Positions 49,824 through 60,206 of a stretch of DNA of 64,000 bases are shown here, piece by piece. A program made the translations under genes and the position numbers. Position 1 is the stretch's first letter; the number at the start of each line of letters is the position of its first letter. The notes under the pieces were generated by a model that did no database searches, was not told where the DNA came from, and worked only from the letters and a program-made list of their open reading frames with translations. This DNA is from Candidatus Acidiferrum sp. Lineage in GTDB: Bacteria > Chloroflexota > Dormibacteria > CF-121. The stretch covers positions 1,378-65,377 of the forward strand of contig DATNMH010000037.1 in NCBI GenBank assembly GCA_035602395.1, read 5' to 3'.

Positions 49824-50713
49824 GTCTTGAGAAACGCAGAAATGGCCTCGACCTGCGCCGCAATCAGGGTCGGGGTCCATCCGTGGCCGGCGGATTCGAT
49901 CACACGGATCTCGGCTTGCGGCATCAAGTCGCGCAGGCTGCGGATGGCGTCCACGTCGACGGTCCGATCGTCGGCCGCGACCACCACCAGCGCGGGCTTG
50001 CGCCAGCCGTTCAGGAAGTTGCGATAGTCGCGGGTGATCCCGTCGCGCAACCATTGTCGGGCGGCGCGGCCGTCGGCCCGCTGCTGGTTCTCGAAGTTCA
50101 CCTGCGCATCGTAAGGATCGACGCCCGGACCTTCAACCAGAAACCGCTTATAGAGATCTGACACCAGTCGATTCCGTCGCAGGCCATCGACGGCCCAGAA
50201 GATCGGGCCGGCGGTAAAGGCGGCGACCTGCCTCTTGAAGGCTGGCCGCAACGTCCGAGGTGAGTAGATCGGCGTGTGCAGGACCAGCCGTGAGATCCGG
50301 TCCTGGAAGCGCGAGGCGTACTCGAGAGCGACGGTCGCGCCCAGGCAGATGCCGCCGACGTCGTGCTCCGTGAGTCCTAGCCGTTCCACGAATGCGTGCA
50401 GGAACTCCGCGTGGGCGGCCACCGTGAATGGCGGATCGCCGGCCGCGGTCTCGCCGCATCCGGGCAGGTCCGGGATCAACACCCGCCGGTCACTGCTGAA
50501 CGCCGGCCCCCAGGTATGGAAGTTCTCCAGTGAGCCGATGAAGCCATGACACAGAAGCAGCGGGTGGCCCGATCCCTGGTCGAGGTATCGGACCCTCCGC
50601 TGCCCGACGTCGATGAACTGGATGTTTTGCGTACTGACCGCGGCTGTTATTCTCCCGTGTCGATCTGCGCCCGCTGCAGCCGGCCGCTGTAGTCGACGTA
50701 GATCGTCTTCCAC
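49820..50713 (-). CDS. Alpha/beta-fold hydrolase
   Basis: HPLLLCHGF (oxyanion HG), nucleophile elbow GICLGATVA, and C-terminal ESAGHGW (His). The start is uncertain. The only canonical start (GTG 50713) overlaps the ALDH gene by 67 nt. Confidence 0.75.
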   Translation of the reverse strand: MEDDLRRLQRPAAAGADRHGRITAAVSTQNIQFIDVGQRRVRYLDQGSGHPLLLCHGFIGSLENFHTWGPAFSSDRRVLIPDLPGCGETAAGDPPFTVAAHAEFLHAFVERLGLTEHDVGGICLGATVALEYASRFQDRISRLVLHTPIYSPRTLRPAFKRQVAAFTAGPIFWAVDGLRRNRLVSDLYKRFLVEGPGVDPYDAQVNFENQQRADGRAARQWLRDGITRDYRNFLNGWRKPALVVVAADDRTVDVDAIRSLRDLMPQAEIRVIESAGHGWTPTLIAAQVEAISAFLKT

Positions 50714-52160
50714 TCCGTGAACTCGTCGAGCGCCACGGTGCCGGCCTCGCGATGCCCGTTGCCGGTGTTCTTCACGCCGCCGAACGGCAGTTGGATCTCG
50801 GCGCCGATCGTGGGCGCGTTGACGTAGACGATCCCCGACTGCATCTCGTCCATCGCGTGAAAAGCCTTACGCAGGTCGTTGGTGTAGATCGACATGGAAA
50901 GCCCGTACTGCGTCGAGTTGGCGACATCGAGGGCTTCCTCGAGGTTGTTGACCGGCAGCACCAGCGTCGACGGCCCGAAGATCTCTTCCTGGGCCATCCG
51001 CATGTCCTTCTTGCCATCGGCGAAAATCGTCGGCCGGTAGAACCAGCCCTCGCTCCCGGCGAAGTCGCCACCGTGCACCAGCCGGGCGTGTTCCTTCTTG
51101 CCGATCTCGGTGTACTCGTGGACCTTCTTGAGCGCGGCTTCGTTGATCACCGGCCCCATGTCGGTGTCCGCCTGCAGGCCGTCGCCGACCTTCATTTTCG
51201 CCGCCCGCTCCTGGAGCAGGTCGACGAAATCGACCGCGACCTTGCGGTCGACGATCAGGCGCGAGGCGGCGGTGCAGCGCTGGCCCGAGGTCCCGAAGGC
51301 CGCCCAGAGCGCGCCGTCGACGGCTAGCGGCAGATCGGCGTCATCGAGCACGACGATCGCGTTCTTGCCACCGAGCTCGAGCCCCAGGCGCTTCAAGTTG
51401 CGGCCGGCGATCTCCGCGATGTGGCGGCCGGCGTCGGTCGAGCCGGTGAATGAGATGCCCTGGATCCGCGGATCCTTGACCAGCACATCGCCCACATCTT
51501 TGCCGCTGCCGGTCACGAGATTGAGCACCCCACCGGGCAATCCCGCCTCTTCGAGGATCTCCACCAGCTTGGTGGCCACGATCGGTGTGTCGGACGCGGG
51601 CTTGAACACCACCGCGTTGCCCGCCATCAGGGCCGGAAAGATCTTCCACGAGGGGATCGCCATCGGAAAGTTCCACGGCGTAATGCAGGCCACGACCCCG
51701 AGCGGTACGCGCACCGTCATCGCCCACTTGTTTTTGAGCTCGGAGGGCACCGTCTCGCCGTGCGGATGACGACCGAGGCCGGCCGCATATTTGCCCATGT
51801 CGATCGCTTCCTGGACATCACCGCCCGCTTCTTTGAGCACCTTGCCCATCTCCTGGGTCATCAGCCTCGCGAGCTCCGCCTTGCGCGCCTCGATGATCAG
51901 AGCCGCTTTGAGGATGATCTCGCCCCGCACCGGCGCCGGCGTATGCCGCCAACCGGTGGAGGCCTTGTGGGCCGCCTCGATGGCGGCGTTCACGTCGTCC
52001 GCGTTCGACGCTTGCATCACGCCGAGGACCTGGTCCTTGTGCGCGGGGTTGGTCGAGGTGAAAGTCTTTCCGCTCTTCGACTCCACCCAGTGACCGCCGA
52101 TGTAGTTCTTGTAGGTCTTGGCCTCGGTCTTTTGGCCACGCTCGCTGGTCATCGTCTGGC

Positions 52161-52164
<4 letters not shown>
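50647..52164 (-). CDS. NAD(P)-dependent aldehyde dehydrogenase
   Basis: ALDH motifs FTGSTDAG, LELGGKNA (Glu) and GQRCTAASR (Cys). The ATG at 52164 overlaps the aminotransferase stop (ATGA). Confidence 0.92.
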
Positions 52165-53477
<1,313 letters not shown>

Positions 53478-53633
53478 GTTGCCTCCTTAATACAGCGTCC
53501 GAGTCGGGATTCGGCCCGTGCCCGGCCGCCGGTGGAGGCTGCCCGTCGTTGGAGGCCCACCAGGTGCAGGAAATGCGACAGCTCCTCATGATCTCTGCCG
53601 TGATGCAACGGCGAGCTTATGGTAGTTCTTTGC

Positions 53634-54380
53634 TCAGCGCGAGGCGACCGGATTGAGGGTCGCGGCCCGGCGAGGGGCCCGCTGCGCGGCCAGGAAGCCG
53701 CCGAACATGACCAGCACCCCGATCGCCTGGCCGACGTAGAAGACCTCATAGACATGGAAGACTCGCGTCAGGCTCGAGGCCCCTGCGACGACGAACGCGC
53801 CGGCCGCGATCAAGACGTTCGCCAGCACGCGCGAGGAAGCCCCGCCCCGACGCCAGGCGGCGTACGCGGACCAAGCCGCGCCACCGATCAGGATGATGCT
53901 GCCGGCGACGTTGATGAGGATCGCCATCAGGATGGCCAGCACGCTGAACAGGCCGCCCTGGACCTGGATGGTGTCGGCGTTGGGGACCTGGTGGGTCTCG
54001 AGCTTCACCGCCTGCAACTGCGCACCCAGGACCCCCGCCAGGCCGATGGCGGCGAGCACGATCAGGACCCACAGGGCGATGCGGCTGAAGCGCGGGGACA
54101 GTAGGTAAATCGTGCCGAGGGCCAGGACGCCCACCAGGATGATGGCTCCGAAAAAGTAATAGGTCCGATACAGCAACGACGTCCACCCGCCGGCAGCGCC
54201 GATGACTTCGGTCAGGGCGGCAATCGCATAAAACGCGAGGGCAATGGACCACACGAGCAGGTACGGTCGCGGCTTGGCCCGATACTGCAGCCACAGGGTT
54301 CCGGCAAAGGCGGCACTGACCAGGGTGGCGACGAGAGCATAGAAAACCACGCTTAGCGCCAGTCTAGGCAACCGCGGCAT
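53634..54380 (-). CDS. Seven/eight-helix membrane protein, hypothetical
   Basis: 248 aa, hydrophobic throughout (e.g. LALSVVFYALVATLVSAAFAG, LVWSIALAFYAIAALTEVIG, IALWVLIVLAAIGLAGVLG). No family was recognised. Confidence 0.55.
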   Translation of the reverse strand: MPRLPRLALSVVFYALVATLVSAAFAGTLWLQYRAKPRPYLLVWSIALAFYAIAALTEVIGAAGGWTSLLYRTYYFFGAIILVGVLALGTIYLLSPRFSRIALWVLIVLAAIGLAGVLGAQLQAVKLETHQVPNADTIQVQGGLFSVLAILMAILINVAGSIILIGGAAWSAYAAWRRGGASSRVLANVLIAAGAFVVAGASSLTRVFHVYEVFYVGQAIGVLVMFGGFLAAQRAPRRAATLNPVASR

Positions 54381-54414
54381 CGGGCGTGTACCTGACTTGT
54401 CCAGAACGCCGAAC

Positions 54415-54443
54415 TTGACGGGACAGCCACATTCAAGTTAAAT
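54415..54443 (+). promoter_or_regulatory. Sigma-70-type promoter candidate for parA-like gene
   Basis: TTGACG (54415-54420), a 17-nt spacer, then TTAAAT (54438-54443), about 40 nt upstream of the TTG start at 54483. Confidence 0.4.
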
Positions 54444-54482
54444 AGCCCCAACTACGTTCCAGCACAGAGGTCTAGCCACCGT

Positions 54483-55292
54483 TTGAGCAGAGTCATCGCA
54501 GTTGCCAATCAGAAAGGCGGGGTTGGCAAGACGACGACCGCAGTAAATCTGGGATGCGCACTCGCTGAGCTCGGGAAGCGCGTCCTCCTCATCGACCTTG
54601 ATCCCCAGGGGCATCTGACCATCAACATGGGTTTCAAACAGCCCGACCAGATCGAGCTCACCCTCTATCACCTGCTCCTCGATCCGCAGGTCACCCTCGG
54701 TCACGTGGTCAAGCACAGCAACCTGGGCGTCGACTTCATCCCGTCGAACATCGAGCTCTCCGGCGCCGAGATCCAGCTGGTTTCGGAGATGGGCCGCGAG
54801 ACCTTCCTCAAGGAAAAGCTCGCACCCGGCCAGGACGAATACGACTTCATGGTGATCGATTGCCCGCCGTCCCTTGGCCTCCTCTGCGTCAATGCCCTGG
54901 TCGCCTCCACCGAGGTCATCATCCCGTTGCAGTGCGAGTACTTCGGCATGAAGGGGATGCAGTTGCTGCACAACACGATCGAGCGGGTGCGGGCCAAGCT
55001 CAACCCCAACCTTCGGATCAGCGGCATCCTCGCCACCATCCACAAGTCGAGGACGCTGCACTCGCAGGAAGTGCTGGAGCTGGTTCGTGAGCGCTACGGC
55101 GATGTCGTCTTCGACGTCGTCATCAAGGACAGCATCCGGTTCGCGGAAACGCCGCTCGCTGGCATGTCGATCCTTCAGTACGCCGGTAGCTCCGAAGGCG
55201 CGAACGCCTACCGCGCCCTCGCCAAGGCGGTCATCAAGCGCGCGCCGGCCGCCCAGGTCGAGACGAAGCAGCCCGTTGCCTCTCGTGTTTAA
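54483..55292 (+). CDS. ParA/Soj-family P-loop ATPase
   Basis: (M)SRVIAVANQKGGVGKTTTAVNLG deviant Walker A, DLDPQG, and VIDCPPSLG. TTG start. Confidence 0.9.
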   Translation: MSRVIAVANQKGGVGKTTTAVNLGCALAELGKRVLLIDLDPQGHLTINMGFKQPDQIELTLYHLLLDPQVTLGHVVKHSNLGVDFIPSNIELSGAEIQLVSEMGRETFLKEKLAPGQDEYDFMVIDCPPSLGLLCVNALVASTEVIIPLQCEYFGMKGMQLLHNTIERVRAKLNPNLRISGILATIHKSRTLHSQEVLELVRERYGDVVFDVVIKDSIRFAETPLAGMSILQYAGSSEGANAYRALAKAVIKRAPAAQVETKQPVASRV

Positions 55293-55599
55293 GCGGGTTT
55301 CGCTGGAGGGGTCAGCAGAGCTCTTTCGGGAGACCTCCAGCACACCCGAGGTCCTGGCTGAGACCGACCCGGACCCGGTTCAGGCGCCGATCCATCATCT
55401 GCCGCTGCAGCGCCAGGTCTATGGAGAAACCGTTTCGTACTACGAGTACCGGCTGACGGAGGCCCAGGTGCAGTCCCTGATCGATGCGGTGCAGAAGATC
55501 AAGTACCCGCACAACCTGAAGAACACGACGAAGCTCGGCATGGAGGAATTCGAGCGCCTCGAAGCGCTGCGCCAGCTTCTACTCGACGGCCTGCGGTAA
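55285..55599 (+). CDS. Small acidic/helical protein downstream of parA-like gene (no ParB features)
   Basis: The GTG at 55285 overlaps the parA stop by 8 nt. The product is ...SAELFRETSSTPEVLAETDPDP...YYEYRLTEAQVQSLIDAVQKIKYPHNLKNTTKLGMEEFERLEALRQLLLDGLR. Both start and function are uncertain. Confidence 0.35.
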   Translation: MFKRVSLEGSAELFRETSSTPEVLAETDPDPVQAPIHHLPLQRQVYGETVSYYEYRLTEAQVQSLIDAVQKIKYPHNLKNTTKLGMEEFERLEALRQLLLDGLR

Positions 55600-57363
55600 C
55601 CGTTCCTCGTCCGCGCGCTGCGACGTCGCCACGTCCCAACGGCGGGCCAGCTGCTGCGCCCGGTAAAGCGTCGCGTAGAGACCAGGCGCGTCGGCCAGGT
55701 CATCGTGGCGGCCCCGCTGCACCACGCGCCCGTTGTCCAGGACCACAATTTCGCTCGCCTGGCGGATGGTCGAGAGTCGGTGGGCGATGACCAGCACGGT
55801 CCGCTCCGCGACCAGCTGGGCAAGCGCCGCCTGGATCAGGTGCTCCGCCTCGGGGTCCACCGATGATGTCGCTTCGTCCAGGATCAAGATCGGCGCGTCG
55901 TGCAGCAGGGCCCGGGCAATCGAGATCCGCTGCTTCTGCCCGCCGGACAGCCTGACGCCTCGCTCGCCGAGCAGCGTGTCGTAGCCCTTTGGCAGTTCCT
56001 CGACGAACTCGTGCGCATACGCGGCGCGCGCCGCCGCCACCACCTGCGCGTCGCTCGCGTCCGGGTTCCCCATCTTGATGTTGGCTTTGACGGTGTCGTT
56101 GAAGAGGAAGACGTCCTGCAGCACCAGGCTGATCGAACGATGGACGTAGTCCAGTGGTAGCTCGCGCAGGTCGATGCCGCCGAGCCGCACCGCGCCCTCC
56201 TGCGGGTCCCAGAAGCGGGCGATCAGGTTCGCCACCGTCGTCTTGCCTGCGCCGCTCGGCCCAACCAGGGCCAGCACCGTGCCTTCCTTCAGGTCGATCG
56301 ACACGTCGTGGAGAACTGGTCGGCCCACCTCATAGGAGAAAGTCACGTGATCGAGCGTGATGTCATAGCGCTGCTGCTGCGGAACCCGTGCGGCCGGCGA
56401 GTCCTGCACGTCAACCGGTGTATTCAAGATCTCGAAGATCCGGTCGGTGGCGGCTTCCGCATTGCGGAGGCCCTCGAGCTGCCGGTTGAGCTCGGTGACC
56501 GGTCGGTAGAGGAGCGTGGTGAGGAAGACGAAGAATACAAGGTTGGGGACACTAAGCTGGCCCGCATTGGCCATGAGTCCCCCGACCAACAGCACCAGCG
56601 CCACGGGGATGGCGGCCATCCACTCGACGCCGGAGAAGTACCAGGTATGGAGCAGGTTGGCTTGCGTCGCGGCCTGCTTCAGCTCATCGCTTCGCTCATC
56701 GATGGCGCGACGAGCATGGCCGAGCGCCCCGAATGCCTTGAGCACGCCGACGCCCTGGATGTAGTCGATGATGATCCCGTTCAACCGGCCGAGCTCGTCC
56801 CGGTAACGCTTGAACGCCTCCATGGCGGAGCGCCGAAACGCCACCAGGAGGAGCAGGATCAGCAGCAGCGGCGCAAGGGCCACGAGCGCGAGCTTCCAGT
56901 TGACGAGCAGCATCACGATGCCGATCAGCAAAGGGACCGTCGCCGCGCTGATCAGCTGGATGCCGGCGTGGGCGGTAAAGAACTCGAGAGTCTCGACGTC
57001 GCCGATGACCTTGGCGGCGATCGTGCCTGACTGCTGCCGGGTGTGGTACCCCATCGACAGCCGCTGCAGTTGCTCATAGATTCGCATCCGCATGTCGTGC
57101 AGGACCTTGAAGGCGGCGATATGGCCAAACCCGCCTTCGAGGTATCGGCTGATCGCCATCAGCGCGGTCGCGCCGACCATGCCCAGACCGAGCCAGACGA
57201 GTGTCGAGGTCGGCGACTTTTGTGCGAGCGCCGTCAGCATCTGCCGGATGATCAGCGCGGGCAGGATGCTGAGCGCCGTATACAGGATGGAGCCGGCGAC
57301 CGCGATCGACAGCAGGACGCGATGGCCGCGCGTGATCGCCAGCATGCGGGAGAGGAACATCAT
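55579..57363 (-). CDS. ABC exporter, fused permease-ATPase half-transporter (MsbA/ABCB-like)
   Basis: Six N-terminal TM helices, Walker A GPSGAGKTT, signature LSGGQKQRISIARAL, and Walker B ILILDEATS. The ATG at 57363 overlaps the hemH stop (ATGA). Confidence 0.92.
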   Translation of the reverse strand: MMFLSRMLAITRGHRVLLSIAVAGSILYTALSILPALIIRQMLTALAQKSPTSTLVWLGLGMVGATALMAISRYLEGGFGHIAAFKVLHDMRMRIYEQLQRLSMGYHTRQQSGTIAAKVIGDVETLEFFTAHAGIQLISAATVPLLIGIVMLLVNWKLALVALAPLLLILLLLVAFRRSAMEAFKRYRDELGRLNGIIIDYIQGVGVLKAFGALGHARRAIDERSDELKQAATQANLLHTWYFSGVEWMAAIPVALVLLVGGLMANAGQLSVPNLVFFVFLTTLLYRPVTELNRQLEGLRNAEAATDRIFEILNTPVDVQDSPAARVPQQQRYDITLDHVTFSYEVGRPVLHDVSIDLKEGTVLALVGPSGAGKTTVANLIARFWDPQEGAVRLGGIDLRELPLDYVHRSISLVLQDVFLFNDTVKANIKMGNPDASDAQVVAAARAAYAHEFVEELPKGYDTLLGERGVRLSGGQKQRISIARALLHDAPILILDEATSSVDPEAEHLIQAALAQLVAERTVLVIAHRLSTIRQASEIVVLDNGRVVQRGRHDDLADAPGLYATLYRAQQLARRWDVATSQRADEERLPQAVE

Positions 57364-58352
57364 TCTCTTTCCCTCCCCCGCTCGCGGGGGAGGGCAGGGT
57401 GGGGGCTCCGCTGAGCGACCAGCGCATGCAGCGCCTGTGCCAGGCGGGGATCGGCATTCAGCATCGGCGTGCGCCGCAGCTCGATCCCGAGCGCATCGGC
57501 CCTTTCCTTCGCCTCGATATCGATGTCATAGAAAATCTCGAGATGGTCGGCGATGAACCCAACCGAGGCGACCAGGATTGCGCGATGGCCCTGTGCGGCA
57601 AGCTCTTCGACCGTGTCGACCAGATCGGGACCGAGCCACGGCTCCCCGGTCTGGCTCTGGCTCTGGTAGGAGAAGCGCCACTGTTTGATATTGGCCCGCT
57701 GGGCAACCAATTCTGAGGTGCGCAGCAGCTGATCCTGGTAGGGATCACCCTCATTCAGGATGCGCGCCGGCAAACTGTGGGCCGTGAAAACGGCGACGAC
57801 GTCCTCGGGGTGCGCGAACTCTGCCCGCACATGCTTGACGTTCTCGGCGACCGCGTCAAGGTAGCCGTCGAGTTCGTACCAGCTCTCGACGAAGTCCAGG
57901 TCGACCGGTGACGCCGAACCGTTGGCCGTTGGCTTTCCCTTCGGCGCCGCAAGCGCCGCCTCGATCTTGCGCCGGTAGCCTTCGGTGCTGATCTTGGAGT
58001 AATGGGGCGCCAGCACGATCGCGATCATCCGGTCGGCGCCGCTCTCCAGGATCTCCTCCACGGCGCTTGCGATGTGGGGCGTCCAGTGCTTCATGCCGAG
58101 GTGGACGGTATAGATCTCTTCATCCGGAGGGTTGAGGTTCAAGAGTCGTTCGAGTTCGCGCCCAAGCGCCATCGAAACGGCGAGCAAGGGCGTGGGAACC
58201 CCGACCCGGCGATAGCGCGAGGTCAGCTCTTCGATCGCCTCGCGCGACGGCGTCCGTCCGCCGCGGATATCCGTGAAGTACGGTTCGACGTCTTCGAGGC
58301 GATTCGGGCTGCCGTACGCCATCAGCAGCACCGCCGTGTGCCTAGGTGGCAT
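57360..58352 (-). CDS. hemH: Ferrochelatase (probably coproporphyrin ferrochelatase given the hemQ context)
   Basis: MPPRHTAVLLMAYGSPNRLEDVEPYFTDIRGGR, FTAHSLP (His ligand) and FIADHLEIFYDID. The ATG at 58352 is preferred over 58442. Confidence 0.9.
   Translation of the reverse strand: MPPRHTAVLLMAYGSPNRLEDVEPYFTDIRGGRTPSREAIEELTSRYRRVGVPTPLLAVSMALGRELERLLNLNPPDEEIYTVHLGMKHWTPHIASAVEEILESGADRMIAIVLAPHYSKISTEGYRRKIEAALAAPKGKPTANGSASPVDLDFVESWYELDGYLDAVAENVKHVRAEFAHPEDVVAVFTAHSLPARILNEGDPYQDQLLRTSELVAQRANIKQWRFSYQSQSQTGEPWLGPDLVDTVEELAAQGHRAILVASVGFIADHLEIFYDIDIEAKERADALGIELRRTPMLNADPRLAQALHALVAQRSPHPALPRERGRERE
57371..57407. repeat. Repeat modules X-W: perfect 11-bp hairpin plus CAGGGTGGGGGCT, inside the hemH 3' coding end
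   Basis: CCCTCCCCCGC-tc-GCGGGGGAGGG (57371-57394) is followed by cagggtgggggct (57395-57407). The same modules flank the composite repeat at 36241-36334. On the coding strand it encodes the hemH tail ..SPHPALPRERGRERE*. Confidence 0.8.
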
Positions 58353-59412
58353 GGACGTACCCAACCAATCGCTGCAGATTTTCGACCGGGGTGTCCGGTA
58401 GCACCCCGTGACCCAGGTTGAAGATATGGCCGGGGCGGCCACCGGCGGCCTCGATCACCCGTCGCGCACCATCTTCGACCACGGACCACGGTCCGAGAAG
58501 CAGAGCTGGGTCCAGGTTCCCCTGGATGCCGCGGTCGTATCCGATCACGCGCCACGCCTCGCCCAGGTCGACTCGCCAATCCACACCGATCACGTCGCCG
58601 CCAGCCTCACGCATCAATGAAAGGATGCCGGCGGTTCCCGTCCCGAAATGGATCGAAGGTGCTCCGGCGCGTTGCAGGCCGCTAAAGATGCCGGTCATGT
58701 GCGGCAGGACGTACCGCCGGTAGTCCGACGGCGACAGTGCGCCGACCCAGCTGTCGAAGACCTGGACCAGCTGGGCGCCGGCGTCCACCTGGGCGATCAA
58801 GTACTCGAGCACCAGCCGGGAGAGGCGCGTCATCAGTGCATCCCAGAGCGCAGGATCCGCGTACATCATGGCCTTGGTCTTGAGGAAGTCGCGGGACGGT
58901 TTGCCCTCGATCAGGTAGCCGGCAAGCGTGAATGGCGCTCCCGAGAAGCCAATCACGGCGACCGAGGGATCCAGCTGGCGGCGCAGGAGCTTGATGGTCT
59001 CGAGGACGAAGGGAACGGCCTCCTCAGCGGGCTTCGACTGCAACCTATCTATGTCGACCTGGCCGCGAATCGGGCGTTCGACAATAGGTCCGACGCCGTC
59101 CACCAACTGCAGCTCGACCCCCAGCCCGAAGGCTACCGGCAGCATGATGTCGGCGAACAGCACCGCGCCGTCGACGCCGAGGCGCCGCACCGGCTGGAGG
59201 GTGACCTCAGCGCAGAGCTCCGGGTTCTGGCAGATCGTGAAGAGGTCGTAGGACTCGCGGATCTTCCGGTACTCAGGGAGCGAGCGACCGGCCTGCCGCA
59301 TGAACCAGACCGGCCGTCGGTCCACGATCTCGCGGCGCGCCGCCCGGACCAGCGTCGGCAGCAGGTGATCGGTCGCCGACCGGCCGACCTCGCCCTTCTT
59401 GACCGCCCTCAT
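58342..59412 (-). CDS. hemE: Uroporphyrinogen decarboxylase
   Basis: RRPVWFMRQAGRSLPEYR signature and C-terminal GHIFNLGHGV. The ATG at 59412 overlaps the hemQ stop (ATGA). The upstream part of the track ORF is Arg/Gly-rich. Confidence 0.93.
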   Translation of the reverse strand: MRAVKKGEVGRSATDHLLPTLVRAARREIVDRRPVWFMRQAGRSLPEYRKIRESYDLFTICQNPELCAEVTLQPVRRLGVDGAVLFADIMLPVAFGLGVELQLVDGVGPIVERPIRGQVDIDRLQSKPAEEAVPFVLETIKLLRRQLDPSVAVIGFSGAPFTLAGYLIEGKPSRDFLKTKAMMYADPALWDALMTRLSRLVLEYLIAQVDAGAQLVQVFDSWVGALSPSDYRRYVLPHMTGIFSGLQRAGAPSIHFGTGTAGILSLMREAGGDVIGVDWRVDLGEAWRVIGYDRGIQGNLDPALLLGPWSVVEDGARRVIEAAGGRPGHIFNLGHGVLPDTPVENLQRLVGYVHAT

Positions 59413-60167
59413 CGGCCCGCGATCAGGCTGACCTGTTGCTGAAGGTCGCGCTCCTCGTCCCGGTCCGGGACGTTCAGCCCGAGCGCCAGTTGCAGCGCGT
59501 CGGAGGGCGCCATCAGGACGCAGGTGAAGATCGGCGTCTCTCGTTCGGTGTAGCGACTGGCCTGTGATTCGCGGAGCTCCATCACCAGATCGAGGAAGGC
59601 GGCCGGCTCGTCGCACTCGAAGGCCACCACGAATTCCTGGTCATCGAGGCCGAAGGAGTACGCGGTGTTGATCTTGACCTGCGGGTAGCGGTGGCCGATC
59701 GCGAAGTGCTCGATCATCATCGCCTTGCGCTTTTCGTAGGGCAGCCGATACCAGGTGCGCTTCTTCACCATGGGGTAGACGAAGAGGTAGCGCGCGCCGG
59801 ACGGCTTGAGCCGGGTGCGCCGCCCCTCCTGGTCAGGGTGCCGGTGACGGCCGAGGTACGGGGAGGGGCGCGTCATCGCGAGGAAGGAGTGGGCGACTCG
59901 CAAATACGGCCCAAGGCGGGTGGCGCGCCATTGCGACTCCGCCCGCTGGACCGCGTCGACCGTGTCGGCGGCCTGCCAGATGAGGAGATCGCAGTCGCCG
60001 CGCAGCCCCACGGTTGAGTAGGCGAGAAGCGTCTCGGCCGTCGGACCGGCCTCGAGCAGATCCGTGAACTCGTGGACGGCGGCCTCCCGCTCGTCGATTG
60101 GCCAGCCGAGCACCGCCGGATCGATTTTCAGAAACGTGTACTTGACGACCTGGCGAGCCTCAGCCAC
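59409..60167 (-). CDS. hemQ: Chlorite-dismutase-family coproheme decarboxylase (HemQ/ChdC)
   Basis: 252 aa with YTFLKIDPA..., YLFVYPMVKKRTWYRLPYEKR and EHFAIGHRYP. Operon position is upstream of hemE-hemH. GTG start with a TACGCT box 7 nt upstream. Confidence 0.8.
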   Translation of the reverse strand: MAEARQVVKYTFLKIDPAVLGWPIDEREAAVHEFTDLLEAGPTAETLLAYSTVGLRGDCDLLIWQAADTVDAVQRAESQWRATRLGPYLRVAHSFLAMTRPSPYLGRHRHPDQEGRRTRLKPSGARYLFVYPMVKKRTWYRLPYEKRKAMMIEHFAIGHRYPQVKINTAYSFGLDDQEFVVAFECDEPAAFLDLVMELRESQASRYTERETPIFTCVLMAPSDALQLALGLNVPDRDEERDLQQQVSLIAGR

Positions 60168-60206
60168 CGCCTAAAGCGTATCAAGCCGCTGGCCTAATCT
60201 TGAATC

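Noticed and set aside
53478-53633. 156-nt leader of the aminotransferase operon as a guanidine/other riboswitch
   Set aside because: I could not match it to the conserved cores of ykkC/guanidine-I, -II or -III or other riboswitches I know. It is GC-rich with only short hairpins. It remains unassigned and would need a covariance-model scan.
54438-55343. 301-aa ORF antisense to the parA-like gene
   Set aside because: The sense frame has the KGGVGKTT Walker A and full ParA architecture, while the antisense product has no motifs and a biased composition.
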